This document shows, in pieces, positions 19,784 through 29,754 of a stretch of 32,000 bases of DNA. Below the pieces are notes generated by a model, which saw only the letters and a program-made list of their open reading frames with translations, had not been told where the DNA came from and ran no database searches. How positions within the stretch are numbered: the stretch's first letter is position 1; each line of letters starts with the position of its first letter. A program made the translations under genes and the position numbers. Source of the DNA: Candidatus Omnitrophota bacterium (lineage in GTDB: Bacteria > Omnitrophota > Gorgyraeia > 2-01-FULL-45-10); contig JAMWCX010000003.1 of NCBI GenBank assembly GCA_023818895.1, positions 150,001 through 182,000 of the forward strand, given 5' to 3'.

Positions 19784-21405
19784 ATCCTGAACATTTTAAC
19801 AGCTAAATTGACCGCTATCATCCCCGCTATGATAATGGCAGCCATTGATCCGACTATAAGATTTCTCTCGGCGCGTTTCAACTTTATGTCCTTGACACTG
19901 TATATCCTATCTATGGAAGCAAGGACCGGCAAGTGAAACTTATCTCTCAATTCAGCCGCGGATCTGACGGATTTATCCAATGAGTCCACGACATAAGAAA
20001 GCGCCGACCCTGCGCCTATGGCTATTATAATTCCCAGGAGGAGTCTTCCGGCTTTCTGGGACGGAAGCGGCGAAAGCGGCACTCTCGGCGGCTCGATAAC
20101 CTCTATCTGAAAACCGGCTTGCGTCTTCTCCGCTCTTCTCTTCAAATCTGCGTCCTCGAGCTGTTTTCTCAATTCATTATAATAGCGGGTTATCATCTCC
20201 TTCTCGTCTCGCAAGCTCTTGAGCTTCGCGGCCTCGGACGCGACCGGACCAACCAGCGTCTCCTCCATAGTTGTCCCCTTTTCCAAGTTAGCCCTATAAC
20301 CTTTCAAGACTTTTATCTTCTCCTCAAGCGTATTTATCAAGAATTCCGTTTCTTCTAGCTCGTCCCGCATAAGTTTCTCCGCGACCTTTTTTTCGCTTTC
20401 GGAAAGCTTGCCCTCCTTACCGGCAACCATATCTTCCATTTGTTTCTGCCGTAAATTTTCTATATCATCTATGCCCTTCTGAATGCTCTTCATCGCTGGA
20501 TGTTCGGGCAGATAACCCCTCGCCACCATATCGAGCATGAGCAGCTTCTTTTGTTCCACTGCTTTTTCGAATATTCCCTCTCGTAGGTCTCGTGATTCGC
20601 TCTTTGCTATTTCGAAATCTTTCCTTTCTATACGCATAGCGAGCAACTCTTTCTTCTTTCTGGCCTCTACGAGCTTCATCTCAAGATCAGCCATTACATC
20701 AGCGCTCCTGACCTCGCCCATGGCCGCGCGATTGTCCAATTGTCTTTGCGTCACAACCTCAGACGTTATCCTGTTAACAAGCTCACGCTGTTCAACATCG
20801 AGACTCATCGCCATTTCCCGAAGTTTTGCCGATACTTTTAGCATCTCAGAATCTATGGCAGCTAATCTATCCCTGTAAAGGTTAATCTGCCGAGTAAGAA
20901 AAACAATGGAAGCGTCAATCGCCTCTTCCACCGACCTTGAGTTTTCCATTCTTATAACATCTATCGTGGCTTGGACAACCTTATAACAGATATCCGGGTT
21001 ATAACCTGTGAAAGAGATATCCACTATATTGGCGTCCCTTCTGTCAAATTGGAACTTTATACCACCCTTGGGATTGCGCAGCCCGTTCCTAATCATCGCG
21101 TACCTCAAGGGATTGGCCTCCTCGCTTATGCCAGGCCATACAATCCCTATGATCTTTTTTATATTGTCTCCCAGAAGTACTTTGGATATGAGGTTTTCCT
21201 TTCTTTGAGTAAATCTCTGAGGCAGTGTTTCGACCGCGGCGGAACCGAATGAAACGACCGCGTGACATTCATAAACCTTAGGTAGGCTCATCACATAAGC
21301 TAACGTCATAAAGAGAAGCACCGTGAAAGGATATATGAAACACCAGGGATGGCGTATTAGAAATTCCAACGACTCAAGCGAAATGGAAGGTTCTTCTTTA
21401 GGCAT
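19780..21405 (-). CDS. Polysaccharide chain-length determinant / co-polymerase (Wzz/GumC-like, PEP-CTERM-locus type)
   Basis: It has an N-terminal TM segment (FIYPFTVLLFMTLAYVM), a long coiled-coil periplasmic region and C-terminal TM segments (LLLGIIIAIGAGSALSYVV). It lies directly upstream of the BY-kinase. Confidence 0.8.
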   Translation of the reverse strand: MPKEEPSISLESLEFLIRHPWCFIYPFTVLLFMTLAYVMSLPKVYECHAVVSFGSAAVETLPQRFTQRKENLISKVLLGDNIKKIIGIVWPGISEEANPLRYAMIRNGLRNPKGGIKFQFDRRDANIVDISFTGYNPDICYKVVQATIDVIRMENSRSVEEAIDASIVFLTRQINLYRDRLAAIDSEMLKVSAKLREMAMSLDVEQRELVNRITSEVVTQRQLDNRAAMGEVRSADVMADLEMKLVEARKKKELLAMRIERKDFEIAKSESRDLREGIFEKAVEQKKLLMLDMVARGYLPEHPAMKSIQKGIDDIENLRQKQMEDMVAGKEGKLSESEKKVAEKLMRDELEETEFLINTLEEKIKVLKGYRANLEKGTTMEETLVGPVASEAAKLKSLRDEKEMITRYYNELRKQLEDADLKRRAEKTQAGFQIEVIEPPRVPLSPLPSQKAGRLLLGIIIAIGAGSALSYVVDSLDKSVRSAAELRDKFHLPVLASIDRIYSVKDIKLKRAERNLIVGSMAAIIIAGMIAVNLAVKMFRM

Positions 21406-21514
21406 ATCTTGGTATATTTTAATTTGCTGTAGTAAAGTATACTACATGTTCAATAATTGTCCAATAATTTTTCGTGGCGTGTCGATCATCATAGCTCCTA
21501 TTCGCCGCCTTGAC

Positions 21515-22942
21515 ATGAAAAATTGCGTATGGTATATTCTTGACGTGAAAAACAAAAAATACGACCGCGCGCTAAAGCTCGCATCGATCCTTGCGGATAT
21601 CATCTCTTCCATCGGCGCCTCCGCTACAAGTTTGCACCTTCGATTCAGCTCTCTTATCCCCAAGAAAAATATTGAGACTTACCTCAATATGGCTATCCTG
21701 ATAATAGGGTTGCGCATACTCGGTTTCTACGTATTTAGGTTTTATGACGGGGTAAAAAACAAGACTAATTTCGACATTTTTGTCAACTCAGTCAAGGCCT
21801 GTACGGCAAGCTCCATTATTATAATAGCGGTTTTATACTTCCTTGATATTGAGTACTATCCTCGTTCCGTGGCCATCTTGGCATGGGCCATTACGATACT
21901 TTACGTAAACGCTTGGAGACTTCTTGCACGGCGAATCGGCGCCTCTTTTTTTGGTAGTGATATATTCAAGTCGCGAGTTCTAATTATAGGGACGGGGAAG
22001 ACGGCTCAAGAGACGGCCTTAAGAGTGACGATGGATGCCTCCCTAAGCTATAATCTGGTAGGCTTCATTGATACTGGAAGCGGTCTTCCCATTGAGGTCG
22101 ACAAGTCCAAGATCATCGGCAGAATAGACAAACTGCCGCTGGTGGTACGAAAATTTACCGTAGACGAAGTAATACTGGCCGATCCCCAATTATCCGAAAA
22201 GAGTATATCAGAGTTAGTAAGCCTATTGAGTTGGGAAAATGTATCCTTAAGAGCGGCTCCGCCGGCTTACGAGTCTATCATAAAAAATATGGTCCTTTAT
22301 GAAAGCTACGTGCCTTTCTTCGGTCCTACTTTTACAGAGCGACCGGCGCCGTCATGGTACTGGGCCTTAAAAAGAATGGAGGATATCATACTATCTCTTT
22401 TCCTCCTCATCATAACCATTCCTCTTATGATTGCAGCAGCCCTCCTTATTAAAATAACATCCCCTGCTGGACCAGTTTTATACCTCCAGAAAAGAACGGG
22501 TTTGAATGGCAGGCCTTTTATCATGTACAAACTCCGGACAATGCAACCGAACGCCGAGAAAAAAAGACCGAGGTGGGCAAAAGCCGGAGACTTAAGGGTG
22601 CTGCCGGTCGGCAGGATATTAAGGCGCTTCAGGATAGACGAACTTCCGCAGCTTTTCAATGTTTTAAAAGGTGATATGAGCCTTATAGGACCGAGGCCGG
22701 AACGCCCATTCTTCACCTCTAAACTCATGAGAAGCATCCCCTTCTATGCCCGAAGACTACAGATAAAGCCGGGACTGACCGGCTGGGCCCAGGTCAACTA
22801 TCAGTACACCGACACTGAAAAAGGCGCTCGTGAAAAGCTGCTTTATGACTTATTTTACATCCAAAATGCGTCGCTTGCCTTGGATTTCCTTATAGCATTA
22901 AAGACTTTTAGGGTAGTATTAACCGGACGCGGCGCGCATTAA
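21515..22942 (+). CDS. Polyprenyl-phosphate sugar phosphotransferase (priming bacterial sugar transferase, WbaP/EpsB-like)
   Basis: The C-terminal catalytic domain reads LKRMEDIILSL...SPAGPVLYLQKRTGLNGRPFIMYKLRTM...DELPQLFNVLKGDMSLIGPRPERP...KPGLTGWAQV. I moved the start to ATG 21515 because the track start 21323 overlaps the divergent gene. 21446 is an alternative start. Confidence 0.85.
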   Translation: MKNCVWYILDVKNKKYDRALKLASILADIISSIGASATSLHLRFSSLIPKKNIETYLNMAILIIGLRILGFYVFRFYDGVKNKTNFDIFVNSVKACTASSIIIIAVLYFLDIEYYPRSVAILAWAITILYVNAWRLLARRIGASFFGSDIFKSRVLIIGTGKTAQETALRVTMDASLSYNLVGFIDTGSGLPIEVDKSKIIGRIDKLPLVVRKFTVDEVILADPQLSEKSISELVSLLSWENVSLRAAPPAYESIIKNMVLYESYVPFFGPTFTERPAPSWYWALKRMEDIILSLFLLIITIPLMIAAALLIKITSPAGPVLYLQKRTGLNGRPFIMYKLRTMQPNAEKKRPRWAKAGDLRVLPVGRILRRFRIDELPQLFNVLKGDMSLIGPRPERPFFTSKLMRSIPFYARRLQIKPGLTGWAQVNYQYTDTEKGAREKLLYDLFYIQNASLALDFLIALKTFRVVLTGRGAH

Positions 22943-24016
22943 TATGGCTGTTATCCTTCTAGCAGTCTTTCCGTCCCACAATTTCGGTATCTTTCTTTTT
23001 ATCCGGCGCGGCAATCTTGATATGAGACTGATAAGGAGCTTTTGATTGTCCCCCACAAGGGTGTTGGTTCCCTGGGTTATAGTTACAGGCCTTTCTGTAT
23101 TTTTTCTTATAGTAAAACAAGGTATGCCAAGATAAGTCGTCTCCTCCTGTATCCCGCCCGAATCTGTCAGAACGAATTTCGCGTCTATCATAAGTCTCAG
23201 AAAATCAAGATAGCCAAGAGGTCTGGTTATTATTATATTATTTATACGTTTAAGGTTTTCCCAGTAGCCAAGAGCCTTCAACATCTTTACAGCGCGTGGA
23301 TGGGCAGGATATACTATGGTCGTCATCTTGGCAATCTTCTTGAGGATATTAACTATACGACTCAATGAGTTAGCATTATCCACATTGCTTGGCCGGTGAA
23401 GTGTAAGAAGGGCGTATTCCCTTCTTTTGACGCCAAGCAAACTTAAAGTATTTTTCTTGCGTGCGGCTTTTATAGAGCTTACCAGCGAATCTATCATTAT
23501 GTTACCTACAAAAAATATCCTCTCATCCGGTATCGCTTCATCACGAAGGTTCTTAAGCCCAGATGGTTCGGTTACAAAAAGATAGTCGCTAATAGCATCG
23601 GTAAATTTCCGGTTTATTTCTTCTGGCATCGAAAAATCAAAGCTGCGAAGCCCTGCCTCAACATGGGCAACTTTTATACCCAATGAGGCCGATACAAGAG
23701 CACACGCTAGTGTGGAATTAACATCTCCCACGACTACCACTATATCAGGTCGTTCCTTAACCAGAACCTTCCTAAAACGGCCCATAATCTTTTTCACCTG
23801 TTCAATAGGCTCGCCAGGGCCTGCCTTAAGAGCTATATGCCTGCCTATTTTAAGCTCCTTTATGAATATGTCAGACATTGAGCATGAATAATGCTGGCCT
23901 GTATGTACCAATACGCTTTCAATTCGTTTGTGCTTGCGAAACTCGCGTAAGAGAGGAGCGATCTTCATAAAGTTTGGCCTGGCCCCTACGACGCTCAATA
24001 TCTTTATCTTCTTCAT
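22919..24016 (-). CDS. wecB: UDP-N-acetylglucosamine 2-epimerase (non-hydrolysing)
   Basis: MKKIKILSVVGARPNFMKIAPL...HTGQHYS...HVEAGLRSFDFSMPEEINRKFTD is the canonical WecB/MnaA pattern. Confidence 0.9.
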   Translation of the reverse strand: MKKIKILSVVGARPNFMKIAPLLREFRKHKRIESVLVHTGQHYSCSMSDIFIKELKIGRHIALKAGPGEPIEQVKKIMGRFRKVLVKERPDIVVVVGDVNSTLACALVSASLGIKVAHVEAGLRSFDFSMPEEINRKFTDAISDYLFVTEPSGLKNLRDEAIPDERIFFVGNIMIDSLVSSIKAARKKNTLSLLGVKRREYALLTLHRPSNVDNANSLSRIVNILKKIAKMTTIVYPAHPRAVKMLKALGYWENLKRINNIIITRPLGYLDFLRLMIDAKFVLTDSGGIQEETTYLGIPCFTIRKNTERPVTITQGTNTLVGDNQKLLISLISRLPRRIKRKIPKLWDGKTARRITAILMRAASG

Positions 24017-25176
24017 TCAATCACCAAATCCAACTTTGAAAGATTCTTTTCCCAAGAATATTCTTCCTCCACAAACCTTCGAGCCGATCGACCGATAAAA
24101 TCCCTTAAAGACTTATCGCGAATAAGATCACTCAGTTGCCTGGCAAAATCGGCGGGATTGTCAGACACTAAAATGTCGCGGCCGGGCAGGGCCTTTACCG
24201 CCCCAGCCGCCTTTGAAGTCGCCACTACCGGTATGCCGCAGGCCATTGCCTCTAGTATCTTATTCTGTATACCCTGTGCTATGCGCATCGGTGCGATCGC
24301 TGCTATCGCGCCGCGCAGGTAATCTCTCACGTCTTTTACTGTGCCTGTCACCGTCACACCCGCTCTTTTACCAAGCGATCTCACAGCTCTGACAGGATTG
24401 TGACCAACAATATAAAGCTGCGCGTCGGGATGGCTTCTTCTCACAATGGGAAATATTTCCTCGCAAAAATAAAAGACGGCGTCAATATTAGCGTAATAAT
24501 CCATTGCGCCAGTAAAGACAATGCGTTTTTCTTCGGAGAATGGCCCGGGCGTAAAAAACCCGGTGTCAACGCCGTTTTCGATAACCTGAAATTTGTCAAC
24601 ATCGGTAATTCTTGCAAATTCGTCTTTCTCTTTTTCGGTTACAACTATAAGACGATCGAATTTGCTGGCAATCTCTCTCTCATAATTTCTCAATAATTTG
24701 TTCTCAAGGCCATATACTACTGACATGGGAAAGCCGGAATAAACGGTGTATTGCCTCCATTTCGCGGAATCACAGTCGACAAAATCCATTATTTTCGTTA
24801 TTTGGGCGTTCATCACGTATTGCGCCATAGGCGAAGAATAGGCGAATATGCGGTCTGTCTTACCCTCTCGGAGAATACTGTAAACTTTTCTTTTTAAGGC
24901 CGGGTGAAAAAAATACCCGACAGTAAAAGGCCCTCTCATAAAAAAACTTCCCAACGCCTGGCCTTTAGCTAAAAATGGATTTAGATAAAAGAGATGGACC
25001 TCTTTACATATATTGTTAAGCTCTCGTACATATTTACAATCGGAAAGCTCATCGTAAAGTGAAAGCAAACATACATCGTGCTGAGAGGCTAGATACCTCA
25101 TGATATTGTATGCCCTCAGTTTATCACCTTTATTTGGCGGATACGGAATCCTGTGAGTAAGCATTAATATGTTCAT
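24013..25176 (-). CDS. GT4-family glycosyltransferase (resembles the PEP-CTERM/EpsH1-associated sugar transferase type)
   Basis: The N-terminus is MNILMLTHRIPYPPNKGDKLRAYNIMRYL. The C-terminal GT1/GT4 EX7E-like region is GIQNKILEAMACGIPVVAT. ATGA overlap occurs at both ends. Confidence 0.8.
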   Translation of the reverse strand: MNILMLTHRIPYPPNKGDKLRAYNIMRYLASQHDVCLLSLYDELSDCKYVRELNNICKEVHLFYLNPFLAKGQALGSFFMRGPFTVGYFFHPALKRKVYSILREGKTDRIFAYSSPMAQYVMNAQITKIMDFVDCDSAKWRQYTVYSGFPMSVVYGLENKLLRNYEREIASKFDRLIVVTEKEKDEFARITDVDKFQVIENGVDTGFFTPGPFSEEKRIVFTGAMDYYANIDAVFYFCEEIFPIVRRSHPDAQLYIVGHNPVRAVRSLGKRAGVTVTGTVKDVRDYLRGAIAAIAPMRIAQGIQNKILEAMACGIPVVATSKAAGAVKALPGRDILVSDNPADFARQLSDLIRDKSLRDFIGRSARRFVEEEYSWEKNLSKLDLVIE

Positions 25177-26198
25177 GGGATAACGTATTTATAGATCCGA
25201 GGGCCCAAGATTTTCGTCACAGCCAGCGGCAGATGTTTCCAAATTTCCTTGGCAATATCAAAAGCCTTATTAGAAGGGCTGATATCCGGAAGGGACCTCG
25301 CCTTGATCAAGCGATACTGGTAATGAAGCTGCTTCGGCTCAAAACCCTGGTTTATTTTGAAATAATATGGGCCGGCACCTTTTCTGCTCCTGCCAAAATC
25401 AAAATATCTGAACCCTCTTTCAACCCCTACCTCCTGCAGTTTAAGATACATATAATTGCTGGGGCTGTACTTTTCATATTTGTGAAGCGCGCCCCCATAA
25501 AAAGGAAGAACCGTATCCCTATAGAAAAACGAAAGAACGGCGGCTATTGGTTTATCCGCGAGTTTAACCACAAGAACATCCGTCTCATTCTTAAAAGAAT
25601 TTGCTAGCGAAACAAACCATCTTCTCGAAACGACCGGTGAACCAAGCGCTTTCTGGTTAGCCGCATATAGCTCATAGCAGTCGCCCAGATATTCAAGGCC
25701 CGTTTCATAGGTTAAACCTTTTTCTATAGCATGCCTGACTTCTGCCCTTGCCTTGCGCGGCATTCTCTCTAAGCATTCCTCCTTGGTTTCCGGCAGTGGT
25801 TTTATGAACGTTACGTAAAGATCTTTCTGAAGAAAGCCGCATCCGAGATCTTTCATGCTCCTGAGTTCGAGATAATCGCACCCGAGCCTTTTAGCAAGAG
25901 AGGCGGCTTCGTCTGTTAATTTGTCTACCGTTGCCGGATCATCTGCTAAAGGGCCGGCATACACGCCTATGGGAACTGAGATAAGCCTTGAGCCAAACAT
26001 CGTTCTCACCAAGACGAGCGGCAGTATTCCGCGAATGTTTCCGGACTCTTCCGCAGCAAGATAATATTTTTTGAACCCGAATACTTCTTCAAGACACTCG
26101 CCCCATCTGTACAGATGATAAAAAAAAGAGTGGGGATGCCTGAATACGTAATCATCCCAGCCGGTTCCGTCAGATAGTTTTATGGTCATTTCACCCAT
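25173..26198 (-). CDS. FemAB-family / GNAT-fold acyl(aminoacyl)transferase, PEP-CTERM-locus type
   Basis: WDDYVFRHPHSFFYHLYRWGECLEEVFGFKKYYLAAEESGNIRGILPLVLV... resembles the FemAB-like proteins found in exosortase EPS loci. Assignment is by motif memory. Confidence 0.7.
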   Translation of the reverse strand: MGEMTIKLSDGTGWDDYVFRHPHSFFYHLYRWGECLEEVFGFKKYYLAAEESGNIRGILPLVLVRTMFGSRLISVPIGVYAGPLADDPATVDKLTDEAASLAKRLGCDYLELRSMKDLGCGFLQKDLYVTFIKPLPETKEECLERMPRKARAEVRHAIEKGLTYETGLEYLGDCYELYAANQKALGSPVVSRRWFVSLANSFKNETDVLVVKLADKPIAAVLSFFYRDTVLPFYGGALHKYEKYSPSNYMYLKLQEVGVERGFRYFDFGRSRKGAGPYYFKINQGFEPKQLHYQYRLIKARSLPDISPSNKAFDIAKEIWKHLPLAVTKILGPRIYKYVIP

Positions 26199-26203
26199 CG
26201 CTT

Positions 26204-27346
26204 TTATTTTGAAAGAGTATCAGCAACGGCGGACAAAAGCCTCTCCTCGGCTATCTTCCATACATACTTTTCAGAGCCCGCGCGTCTTGCATTTTCTTTA
26301 AGCCGTTCTAACGTTTGGGGTTCCTTCATTTTCTTAAGCGCCGAGGCAACGCTATCCTTTGTAAAATCCTCCAACGCGATGCCGCACACCTCTTCTCTTA
26401 TTATCCTGCCCATCTCACCAAAACTGCCTCCCAAAAACGCACATCCGACGGCCAGGGCTTCGAAAAGTTTGTTTGGATTACAGAACTCGGCCATGCCGGC
26501 CGTTTTGTCATATCCATAATAGACTATATCCGCTATCGCCGTATATAGCGGTACTTTGTCAGGTGCTACATAACCAAGATACTTTATCCTGCGGCATATA
26601 GCCGCGGCCTTTTCCACTACTCGTTTTTTGACACCATCTCCGCCGACTATCAGAAACAATGAATCGTCATCTTTTACTGCATCGAGGAGCGGCTCTATAA
26701 TCCTTTCTGGTCCGAGATTCGCAATATAGGAGATTATTGTTTTATTTGAAGCGCCGAGCCTTTCGCGCTCTTTTTGGAGAAACTCTGTTGAAAACCGAAA
26801 GAAAGAAGGTTCCTTATAATTAGCCACTACGGTTATTTTCTTTGCACCGATTTTTTCGTAAAATAACTTCATCGCTTCGCAAGTAACTATGATATGAGAT
26901 GCCATCTTTACAAAAATCTTCTCAAGCCAAGCGATAACATTCTTCATAAATCCTGGAACGTTCTTCCCCAGCATCCTCGAATAAACCTCGTGGCTGTCAA
27001 ATATAACCTTCTTTTTCGTAAGGGCGGCCGCGATGAAACCTGGAATAAGCGTGTCGAAGTCGTGGCAATATATAAGATCCTGGTTTTCTTTAAGAAGACT
27101 GATTGTCATTCTCAGCCAGACGATAATGATAAATACCAGCTGGGACAATCCCCTTCCATGGCGGGATTTAATACGGATGCGCTCGACCTCTATGCCATCT
27201 ACCCTCTCTTTTTCAGAAAGATTTTCCCCCCTGTCCCAGGCTATTAGCCGGACATGGTAACCGGCGCTGACCAGTGACAACGCCTCCCTGTGTGGCCTCG
27301 GGTCCGGCATAAATGCGTTTGTAAGAAGCATTGTTATCTTTTTCAT
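26204..27346 (-). CDS. GT4-family glycosyltransferase
   Basis: The N-terminus MKKITMLLTNAFMPDPRPHREALSL and the C-terminal FCNPNKLFEALAVGCAFLG region fit the GT-B fold pattern. Confidence 0.75.
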   Translation of the reverse strand: MKKITMLLTNAFMPDPRPHREALSLVSAGYHVRLIAWDRGENLSEKERVDGIEVERIRIKSRHGRGLSQLVFIIIVWLRMTISLLKENQDLIYCHDFDTLIPGFIAAALTKKKVIFDSHEVYSRMLGKNVPGFMKNVIAWLEKIFVKMASHIIVTCEAMKLFYEKIGAKKITVVANYKEPSFFRFSTEFLQKERERLGASNKTIISYIANLGPERIIEPLLDAVKDDDSLFLIVGGDGVKKRVVEKAAAICRRIKYLGYVAPDKVPLYTAIADIVYYGYDKTAGMAEFCNPNKLFEALAVGCAFLGGSFGEMGRIIREEVCGIALEDFTKDSVASALKKMKEPQTLERLKENARRAGSEKYVWKIAEERLLSAVADTLSK

Positions 27347-27352
27347 ATCGCC

Positions 27353-28630
27353 TTAGCCTTCTTGCTTATGCGCTATCTGAGTAAGCGCTATGGTAAGCGC
27401 TATAAGGTGCCATGATATATCTATAAACGCGGCGTTCACGAAGAAAGCGCTCGTGAAAAAGCCTACAAAACAGACTTGAAGCATTGAAGCGTAATCCAAA
27501 AAATAGGGTTCCAAAAGGCCGCGATTTACTTTACGTCTTATCTTTCCCAGCATTTTGTATCCCGTAAAGAATATGAAAAAATAAAGTAAAAGGGCCGGCA
27601 GTCCGACTTCGGCTCCGACCTGCAGTACAGAATTATGAATCGCTGTGTCAGATATCACCCTGCCTGTTTGTGGATCCGGATACTTTTCCATCTCCGCGTC
27701 GGACATATAAAATCCTACCCCGGTCAAAGGTTTTTCTATGATCATTCGAATGGCAGAATTCCATGCATGCATCCTTATAGCCGCAGACAAATCGGTTGTT
27801 GTTATTTCATCTATCCTGGTAACCGCCGTTATCCTTTCGAGATATGCCTTTGAAACAATATGTGTCATAAACAAAGCGGAAAAGACGGCAAATATAAGAA
27901 TCGCGAATATTTTGCGCCTTAGCTTAGTAATCAAAAAAACACCCGAAGAGAACATGCCTATAAAGCCGGCCCTTGCATAGGTAAGATAGGTAGCCAGTAC
28001 GTCGCCGCCAAGGATAACCACCAATATCACCTTAATCCACGCTCTCCTTTCAGTGGTCATAAGAAAAAATACCACCGGCATCATTGAACACAGTATTACC
28101 GCCATGAAATTTCTATCAGCTATAACGCCGGCAAATCCCTCTCTACTTCCCTCATAGACGATACCTCCAACAACACCCATTATGCCCGATCTGGCGGCGA
28201 CCGCGCCAACGAATATTGTTATCGCCCACAAATAATATCGAAACCTTTTGATATCATCTACGAGCGCCGTGATTACCAGAGTAATTAATATTACCCTGCT
28301 AAAATATTTGAACTGCCACATCGCAATATCGGTGAATCCGGCGGTAAATACAGATCCTGCGCACATAAACCAGAAGACGATAATGGCTATATTAAGCGGA
28401 TGTCCCGAAAATAGACGCTTTTTTCGCATGATAGTCATCCAAATAAGAATGACGCCGGTTAGGTAGGATAGTCCCTGGACAGGCAAAGTTCCCCACGTGG
28501 CCTTTTCCGGATAGGTGTATGACCAGAAGGCATAAGCTATGAGAGCGTAAAACGCGTCATAAGATATTGCGCCTATTATACCGAGGAACGTAATTAAAAG
28601 GGTGGCTAATACCCTTAGCCCCATTTTCAC
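27353..28630 (-). CDS. O-antigen ligase-like / Wzy_C-domain polytopic membrane protein (EPS polymerase or ligase)
   Basis: About 10-12 hydrophobic segments, with a large loop containing HNSVLQVGAEVGLPAL, typical of Wzy_C. The start is GTG 28630 (GTGA overlap) or ATG 28624. Confidence 0.75.
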   Translation of the reverse strand: MKMGLRVLATLLITFLGIIGAISYDAFYALIAYAFWSYTYPEKATWGTLPVQGLSYLTGVILIWMTIMRKKRLFSGHPLNIAIIVFWFMCAGSVFTAGFTDIAMWQFKYFSRVILITLVITALVDDIKRFRYYLWAITIFVGAVAARSGIMGVVGGIVYEGSREGFAGVIADRNFMAVILCSMMPVVFFLMTTERRAWIKVILVVILGGDVLATYLTYARAGFIGMFSSGVFLITKLRRKIFAILIFAVFSALFMTHIVSKAYLERITAVTRIDEITTTDLSAAIRMHAWNSAIRMIIEKPLTGVGFYMSDAEMEKYPDPQTGRVISDTAIHNSVLQVGAEVGLPALLLYFFIFFTGYKMLGKIRRKVNRGLLEPYFLDYASMLQVCFVGFFTSAFFVNAAFIDISWHLIALTIALTQIAHKQEG

Positions 28631-29754
28631 CGTCCTACGTGTTCAGCCACGGCTTCTCTGTAAAGCGCTTCGTACTCTTTAGAAATCTTTTCTATATCGT
28701 ATGAGGCCTCTGCCTTACGTCGTAAAGCATCGCCCACGCGCTTTGCCTCATCTGGACACCCCAAAAAATACAAAATACCTTTTTCAACTGCCTCAACATC
28801 TTTAGGTCTTACTATCACCGCCCCTATATTTGGCCCTGTGATATCTCTGATGTCTCCCACGTCAGTGGCTACAACAGGGATGCCGGTAGCCATGGCCTGA
28901 ATAAGCGCGTTTGGCATGTTTTCAGATAATGATGTAAGAACAAATATATCCATCACCCTGTAATATGGAGCTGTGTCTTTAATTCTGCCTGTGAATATTA
29001 CCCTGTCGGATATTCCTCCCGCAGATATAAGAGCTTCCAGCTCCTTTTTAAGCGGTCCATCCCCCACGATAAGGAGTCTGGTATGGGGGTGTCTTTTTGC
29101 AACACCTTGAAAGGCCTTTATAAGGCTATTATGGTCTTTGATGCGGCATAATGTGCCGACATTGCCGATAACAACATCTTCCGCACCTATTCCAAGGCTT
29201 TTTCTCAAAGCATTCTCTCTGCCGGGATGAAATTCATTCATGTCGCATCCGTTTGGGATATAAAGTACCTTGGACTTTTCGATTTTCACATCTTCTATGA
29301 GCCATCTTCGTAAGCATTTTGATACGGCGATTACTCTGCTACATCTGTTTAAAAAAAACCGGCGGGCAAAGACTCGCCTGGTTTTCTTAACATCCACCTC
29401 GTCCGCGTCAAAACCGTGCTCTGAATGTATCACAGTCTTCGCCTTTATCATGCCAGCTGCCATTATCCCTTCAATCCCGCTCCAATTATAGGTTCTGACT
29501 ATGTTAGGATTATACGCTCTCAAAGCGAGGGCAAGGCGGATAGCGCACGACGGATCGTGAGGGAAAGCTCTCTTTACGACCGCTATACTGACTCCGCCCC
29601 TAATGATCCTATCGCGCGAAGAAGTATCATTGCTTAATGTAAATACAGCGTGGGAAAACGTCTGCGTCTCTAACCGGTTAATAAGCTGGGCTACCATTCC
29701 TTCCAGCCCTCCGGTTCCAAAAGAGTACATGATGTGCGCTATCCGTATGCTCAT
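28627..29754 (-). CDS. GT4-family glycosyltransferase (PEP-CTERM/EpsH1-associated type)
   Basis: I moved the start to ATG 29754 (MSIRIAHIMYSFGTGGLEGMV), which forms an ATGA overlap with the asnB-like stop. The C-terminal region is NALIQAMATGIPVVATDVGD. Confidence 0.85.
   Translation of the reverse strand: MSIRIAHIMYSFGTGGLEGMVAQLINRLETQTFSHAVFTLSNDTSSRDRIIRGGVSIAVVKRAFPHDPSCAIRLALALRAYNPNIVRTYNWSGIEGIMAAGMIKAKTVIHSEHGFDADEVDVKKTRRVFARRFFLNRCSRVIAVSKCLRRWLIEDVKIEKSKVLYIPNGCDMNEFHPGRENALRKSLGIGAEDVVIGNVGTLCRIKDHNSLIKAFQGVAKRHPHTRLLIVGDGPLKKELEALISAGGISDRVIFTGRIKDTAPYYRVMDIFVLTSLSENMPNALIQAMATGIPVVATDVGDIRDITGPNIGAVIVRPKDVEAVEKGILYFLGCPDEAKRVGDALRRKAEASYDIEKISKEYEALYREAVAEHVGR

Noticed and set aside
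21323-21514. N-terminal extension of the sugar-transferase ORF
   Set aside because: It overlaps the start of the divergently transcribed chain-length-determinant gene (to 21405) and reads as low-complexity junk. The in-frame ATG at 21515 (or 21446) gives a sensible N-terminus.
12318-22737. Other antisense track ORFs inside long genes (12318-12728, 15555-15968, 16731-17201, 17173-17562, 20537-20878, 22306-22737 and similar)
   Set aside because: Each is fully nested antisense in a gene with clear family motifs. Their composition is low-complexity and they have no start signals.
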